From the human T2T-CHM13v2.0 reference genome, Homo sapiens: 64,000 bases of DNA. A program made the translations under genes and the position numbers. Of the stretch, positions 58,056-64,000 are shown piece by piece. Each line of letters opens with the position of its first letter. Within the stretch, counting starts at the first letter, position 1. The notes under the pieces were generated by a model. It ran no database searches, was not told the origin of the DNA, and saw only the letters and a program-made list of their open reading frames with translations. The DNA lies in assembly GCF_009914755.1 (NCBI RefSeq), contig NC_060938.1; one strand, written 5' to 3'.

Positions 58056-60773
58056 AAAAAAATTGCCCAGAACCTGGAGCACACACCATGCTTGGAAATA
58101 GTTCCTTTTTACCAAACGCACAGGTGTTGGGTGGAGGGCTTTCCATCCTTGGGAACCTGCATCCAGACAGCAGCTGTCTCACCAGCTCAAGGTTGGGGGA
58201 GCATAGGAACTGGGTTACCAGCTGATAGACTAATGAATCAGTGCACTAAGTGGCTGCTGAGTGCAGGTGCTGAGGATGTAGAGACAGACCAAGTGTGGCT
58301 CTGGCCTGGTGAGGCTCCATGTCCAGTGCAGTGGGGGTGGAGGGCGGGGATGGACGCACAGTAAGGCAGCTACAGTGAGGCCAGCATGAGTTTTGAGACA
58401 GGAGGACAGGGGCCACGGGACCTCAAAGGAGTGGTTGTCACCTGGCTTGAGGAAGGTGGCTGGGAGGCACTGCCTGCTGAGGGCACCAGAGCTGGCAAGG
58501 GTTAGGCATTGGAAGGGGCGGGTAGGAGACAGCTCCAGGCCAGGGTGTGTGGAGGAGGGAAGCACTCTGCACTCAAAGGTGGGCTGAGACTGGGGTCACT
58601 GCAGAAATGGCAGACGCACACGGCCAAGGACAATGAGAAAAGGTTGCAGGAGTGAGCAGAGCCAGCATGCCTCTCTGGCACGGGAGAAGTTTCGTCTCTG
58701 GACTGGTTGAATGGAGATAGGATTAAAAAATAAATAAATAAATAAATAAAAAAGAACTGTGCAGTTTCCAAACAGTATTGCAAAAGAAATGTGCTCAGGG
58801 GTAAAAAGAAGCAAAAAAAAGTATTTTCTGTTTCCAAGCCCTGTCTGGGGACATCCCTGGGGTGTGGCTGCAGGCAGCGGGAGAGTAGGGCTCTAGGCGT
58901 GTCTCTGAGCTGTCCCCACTGAGTCAGTGAGAGGGCTGGCCATGAGAGTGCTGACCCTTTCTGGGTCATGCTGGCGCTGGTGTATGGAGGAGACAGAAAG
59001 GAAACAGCCTTGGGTTTGGGTTTCAGCGTCCATGTGGTTATCACAAATGACAGCGGAAGAGAAGTGATTTTTTTTTTCATGATGGAAACCCCCGAGCTGG
59101 GGCAGATGATGTGGCAGGCTTGAGACCGAGCCCATGCTCAGAACACAGAACCTGGGTCAAAAGCTATGGGCCTGGAAGACCAGCCAGTCCCCCAGAGGTG
59201 GATAAGGTCTGTGGGCATGGCTGGAGACACAGCCTCCCCAGGAATGGACAGTAAGGATGCACTTTGGGAGAGGACAGGAATCTTCCAGAATCTGAGCTCC
59301 AGGCTTTAGCCATCTTCTCAAAATGGGACACCTTAATTTGAGTCATAAAGAAAGCTCAGAGTGCTTTGAAGAAGCTGAAATGTCATAAGGAAGAGTGTGG
59401 TTGACTCAGGGATACTGGAAAACGTGATGCAAACTGAAAAAAAAAAGGCCAGCCATGGAAGAGAAGGTGCTAACACTCATGAAATAAGGACAGGCCCACA
59501 CCACGTGAGGCCCTTGTCCAAAAGCCACCCCGTTTGGGCCTCCTGGCATCCCGGTCTGAAAGGCAGCCCCAGCCCATCTCAGCAGCAGCAGAAGGGGAGT
59601 AGCGGGGCTGCCTCTCAGCTGAGCTCTGTGGCCCATTAGCTGGCGGCCTGGGCAGAGCCTCCTCCCCACCCCCGACCCCAGGCACAGCAGCGGCATCTAC
59701 CTCTTAGAATGCTGCGGGGCTGACTGGGGCAGGTGTGGGAGCACCTGGTCAGTAATAGGTGCGTGGGGCACAGGAGCGGCTGTTACCTTCCACAACCCTA
59801 GATAAGAATGCGCAGACTGCAGTCACTGGCCCAGGACATGGAGGCACTTGCAGTAGTGCTGACATTTAAACCTTGTTCTATTGGATTCTGAAGCCCGAGA
59901 TTCTCACTAGACCATATTGACTCCAAAATAAAGTTGAACTTCACCTACCGTGGGGCATCCAATAGAACTGCCCCTGGGAGGAAAGCAAGCCCGTGTGAGT
60001 CAAGGTCCAATCAGCAGAGTAAAGCCCCTCCGAGTCCAGCTATGAACCAGGAGGGTGTAATGAGGAGGAGGAGCTGAGAAGCTGCGAGGAGACAAAAGGA
60101 AGCCCAGAGATCAACCCCTACGCTAGAGAGACAAGGCGGGGAGGCAATGTTAGATGTTCCTAGACCCATGTTGGGGGCCGCTGAGCAGCAGGAACTAGAG
60201 CCCCAAAGGAGATACATCTGCTGCAGGAGACACCACCCAGGGCGGAGAGGCTGTCAGAGAAACCCCCAGCCGACTACTTACCTCTGGTCCTGCCAGAAGC
60301 CAGTATAGGGGAGCCGGGACAATGCAGCCCGCAGGGGGTCAGCTCTCCTGTGACCCAGGGCAGAGCAGAGGACGGGGAGAAATAGATGTGTGGGCCCCCA
60401 GGCCAGGGCTGCCCCTGTGGTCCATCGGGTAACTGTGAATGTCCATCTGGACACCAGCTCCCTTTGCCCGATTCCAGGCCTGAAAGCAATTGGCCGAGAT
60501 GCAATTTGGTCTCTGGGGGACCAGGCTTGCAGGAAGGAAAGGATACTGGCACCTGGCACTGAAAAAACGCCCGAGGCAGATCGCCTGCTGGGTCAGCACG
60601 TGGATTGCCAACTGAGGCTGAGGGCCCTGTGTCCTGGGGTCGCTGGGTCCAGACCTCTCTCCCTCCCTTCCCCTTCCCCGGCTCTCCAAAGCTCAGGGTG
60701 CTGGGTGGGGCCCCTACTTGGCTTTGCAATGCCACTGGTGAGGGGCTGATGCCCCATAAGGACCAGGTTCTTA

Positions 60774-61113
<340 letters not shown>

Positions 61114-61989
61114 TTAATTAATTAATATTATCTGGGAATTTGAAAACACTAATTCTTGTCATTCAGTGATCCAGAGGCTCCAAGAATCCTGCTCAGGTCC
61201 TAACCCAATCTCGTTAGCGAACTCCCCTGAAACATGAGAGCAAGCCCCTCCCGAGCAAAGAAAGCGGCAACGTCAGTTTCAGGGAGTGACTGTCATGTGG
61301 CGGGCATTATTTGTCCCATTTTACAAAGAGGGAAACTGAGACTCGGAGACACAAACAGTCTGCTGAAAAGTGGTGGACCCAGGTCCACCAATAACAGTAA
61401 AAGCCGACATTTACCCGGTGTTCTGCAGGTGCCTGACTGTATGACAAAAGGTTTGTAGGTATTAACTCACTTATCCTACATAGGCCCAGTGACACATTCA
61501 CATTATCCCTACTTTACAGCTGAGAAAACAGGTTTAATGATACTAACAACGCTGCCCAAAGTCACCGGGATGCTAAGTAGCAGAGGCAAGACTTGAACCA
61601 AGGATGACTTGAGTCTAAACTCTTTGCTATTAAATCCCCTGGTGCCACACAGCTTCCACGGCCCTCTCTGTCCCTCCCAGAACCCCACTGGTAACTGCCG
61701 AGTTCCAGGAAGGTAACTCCAGGGCAGGAATCTATCTTGAGCTGCAGCTCAAGAATCTAGAGTTCAGGGAAACCAACTGAGCCCCCCAGCTGCCAGGCAG
61801 CCTCCGTCACACTGTGCCCGCTCACTCCAGCCCTGTGCCAACCCAGCTGCCCACTGACATTCTGCTCTGGAACTCAGAAGGCGTTGGGATTCAGACCCAG
61901 GTAAACCCAGGTAAAACCCCAGCTCCCATGGCAGGCCCCATTAGCGATTACAGCCTGGTGCCCCTGCTCTGTCAAGCTGGCCGGGGCCG

Positions 61990-62100
61990 CCCACCACAAG
62001 CTGACCCAGAGTTCTGGCATGGGCGTGCTCGCTTGCCGTGACTCACTCGGCTGTCCTGTGACTCATTCCTGCCCTGCCACACACATTCCCACCCTTATCC
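61990..62100. promoter_or_regulatory. Candidate intronic enhancer: 2x AP-1, 2x TEAD, RUNX and GATA motifs
   Basis: TGACTCA at 62039 and 62059; CATTCC at 62064 and 62084; ACCACA at 61993; CTTATC near 62094. Motif evidence only. Confidence 0.5.
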
Positions 62101-63567
62101 TCTCTTTCCCACTGCTCTCTTATGCTTGGATGTTATTTCAGGAACTGAGTTACAGCTGGTCTTAATCCCAAAGCTTTTTCCAATGGATTCTGGGAACACA
62201 ATTTTGTTTATTTATCACAGAGGAGGTTGCACCAAGAGGATAGACCTTGGCAATCTTCTCCTCTGTGGCACTGGCAGAAGGTGATTCTCAGAACAAAGTG
62301 TGTGAAAGGAGGGATAGGAACTCAACGGTAGCGCCCATGCATTATCTCATTTAATCTCACAACAACCCTGCCAGGCAGCTAATCCAAAGTGAGGAGCAAT
62401 TACTGGGCTTCATTCCGCCTTAGAGGTGAGCAGACAGAGGCTTGGCAGGTTAAGGGACTGCACCAAAGCCATGCGGGCTGCAGGGCCACGCCACCCTCGG
62501 TCCACCAGCTAGGCATGGTTACACAAGAAGTCCCACCTTGGAAAGGGTTGTGAGGTCTACTCTACAATTACAGCCACAAAGGACACTGGCCAGGGACTGC
62601 TTTGGAGGCAAGCGGTCCCGAAGCCATTTTAAGTCAGTCCCACTGTCACAGACCGGTGGTGTCTGGTAGGGAAAGCCAGCTGCTCTCTGATGCACCTGCT
62701 TCTCCAGATACGCCAACCATAAAACCCATTTCCAGTCTCTCTTCAATGAATGAAACCCAAGTTCCCTAGGCATAGTCTGGAGGATGCCAGGATTTCCACC
62801 TGGGAAGTGCTGGCCTTGGCAACACACAAATACAGGCGTTTGAGAGGGAGAGAAGACACCAGGGCAGCTAAGAGGGAAATGGGACAGAGTGGAGGGGGCA
62901 GAGTGTATGCAAGGTAAAAAGAGGTCCCCAGCCGTGGTAGGGATGAAGGCCAGGCTGCTGCAGAGATATGTTCCTAGGGCAGGGTGGGTGGCTCCAAGGG
63001 GTGGGGCCTTAGCTCTTGGGACCAGGTGTGATCGTCTCAGGCTCCAATTGGACACTTTGAAGGGGAGGGCTCCCAGGAGGTTCAAGGGGGCTCCTGAGGG
63101 GAACCCTGGCCACGGAGTAACAGGGGCTGCTGGCAGTGTGGGCGGAGCCGGTCAGAGGGCAGGCAGGCAGGGCACTGGCCATCTGCTGCAGGTCAGAGAG
63201 CACTGAGCAGGGTACCAGGGCACAGGTACCAGCCTGGCTGGAACATTGAGTGCCATGGGCCACTGGTGTGTGGACAAGCCAGTCAATGCAGCGGGGTTGG
63301 TACTGGCTTTTCACACTGGGAGTGTGACTTATGCATGGGTTGTGAAATCTACTCAGGGGTCTTGATCAAAAGTGCTTTGTAAGGAAAGAAGATAGAATAG
63401 AATGAAAAATATCACAGTGCCTCTCATGGATGAAGGATAAATACTGTTTCATGAGACTGTTGCTTGTTTGATGGATGTGTTGCATATGTATAAATGTAGA
63501 ATGTATTTCACTGAGAGTTATGATTTAAACAAAACCAAAATCCTTTGAGGAACGGTGGATTCGCTCA

Positions 63568-63740
63568 GTGATTCTCACACTGGCGCCTGCCTCAGAGACA
63601 CCTGGGGGTCTTGTTAAACCACAGATGGCTGGATCCCACCCCCAATTTATAAAACTGGGGGCTAAGAATTTGCATTTCTAATGAGTATTTAGGTAACGTT
63701 GACACTGCTGCTCCAGGACCTCACTTTGAGAACCATGGGC
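63568..63740. mobile_element. MER5A-like element
   Basis: cagtgattctcacact...cacctggggg...ttgttaaaccacagatggctgg...aagaatttgcatttctaa...gctgctccaggacctcactttgagaacc. Confidence 0.7.
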
Positions 63741-64000
63741 TTGGAGGATGTCTCAGCCTCCCGTAGATGAGAACAGATGATTCTAACCGTGGGCATGAGT
63801 GTGTATTTGGCAAATTCATCCACACGGTGGGAGGGCGGTTGGGGCTGGGTCCTATTAGCTTTGAGTCAATGTAGGCCAAGATTAGAAATCAGAAAGCAAT
63901 GAAACTGCAAAGAACCCCTGCCCTTCTTGCCTCAACTGCATCAGTCACTTCTGTTTCTGAAGAGCAGAGCAGGCTTCCTCCTCTTGGAGAAGGACAGAGT

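Overview
This is mammalian (human-type, Alu-rich) genomic DNA covering most of SYNE3 (nesprin-3, C14orf49), transcribed on the minus strand. I traced 16 consecutive coding exons by hand, from the ATG exon (54491, MTQQPQDDFD...) down to a 39-nt exon at 10778-10816. All have GT-AG boundaries and splice into one open 2724-nt frame (908 codons) of spectrin-repeat sequence. The non-coding first exon/promoter (beyond 64000) and the terminal TM/KASH exon (before position 1) appear to lie outside the window. The introns hold about 21 Alu copies or fragments, an LTR13-type solo LTR with a nested AluY, old L1/L2/MIR/MER/MLT remnants and three minisatellites (17, ~54 and 42 bp units). Nearly all non-exon ORFs in the track are repeat or antisense artefacts. 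I found no convincing new multi-gene system. The best leads are: (1) a ~98% identical ~190-bp direct repeat pair bracketing coding exon 2; (2) a duplicated cassette in which both copies carry an antisense 25-nt microexon-like structure; (3) an apparent one-codon deletion (ANLQ versus recalled ANLLQ) between tandem acceptors; (4) a 20-bp-phased AP-1/TEAD cluster; (5) a 42-bp VNTR that is an array of T-box/MEIS motifs; (6) CTCF-like motifs, one inside the LTR. Repeat family names come from recalled consensus sequences, not a database search.
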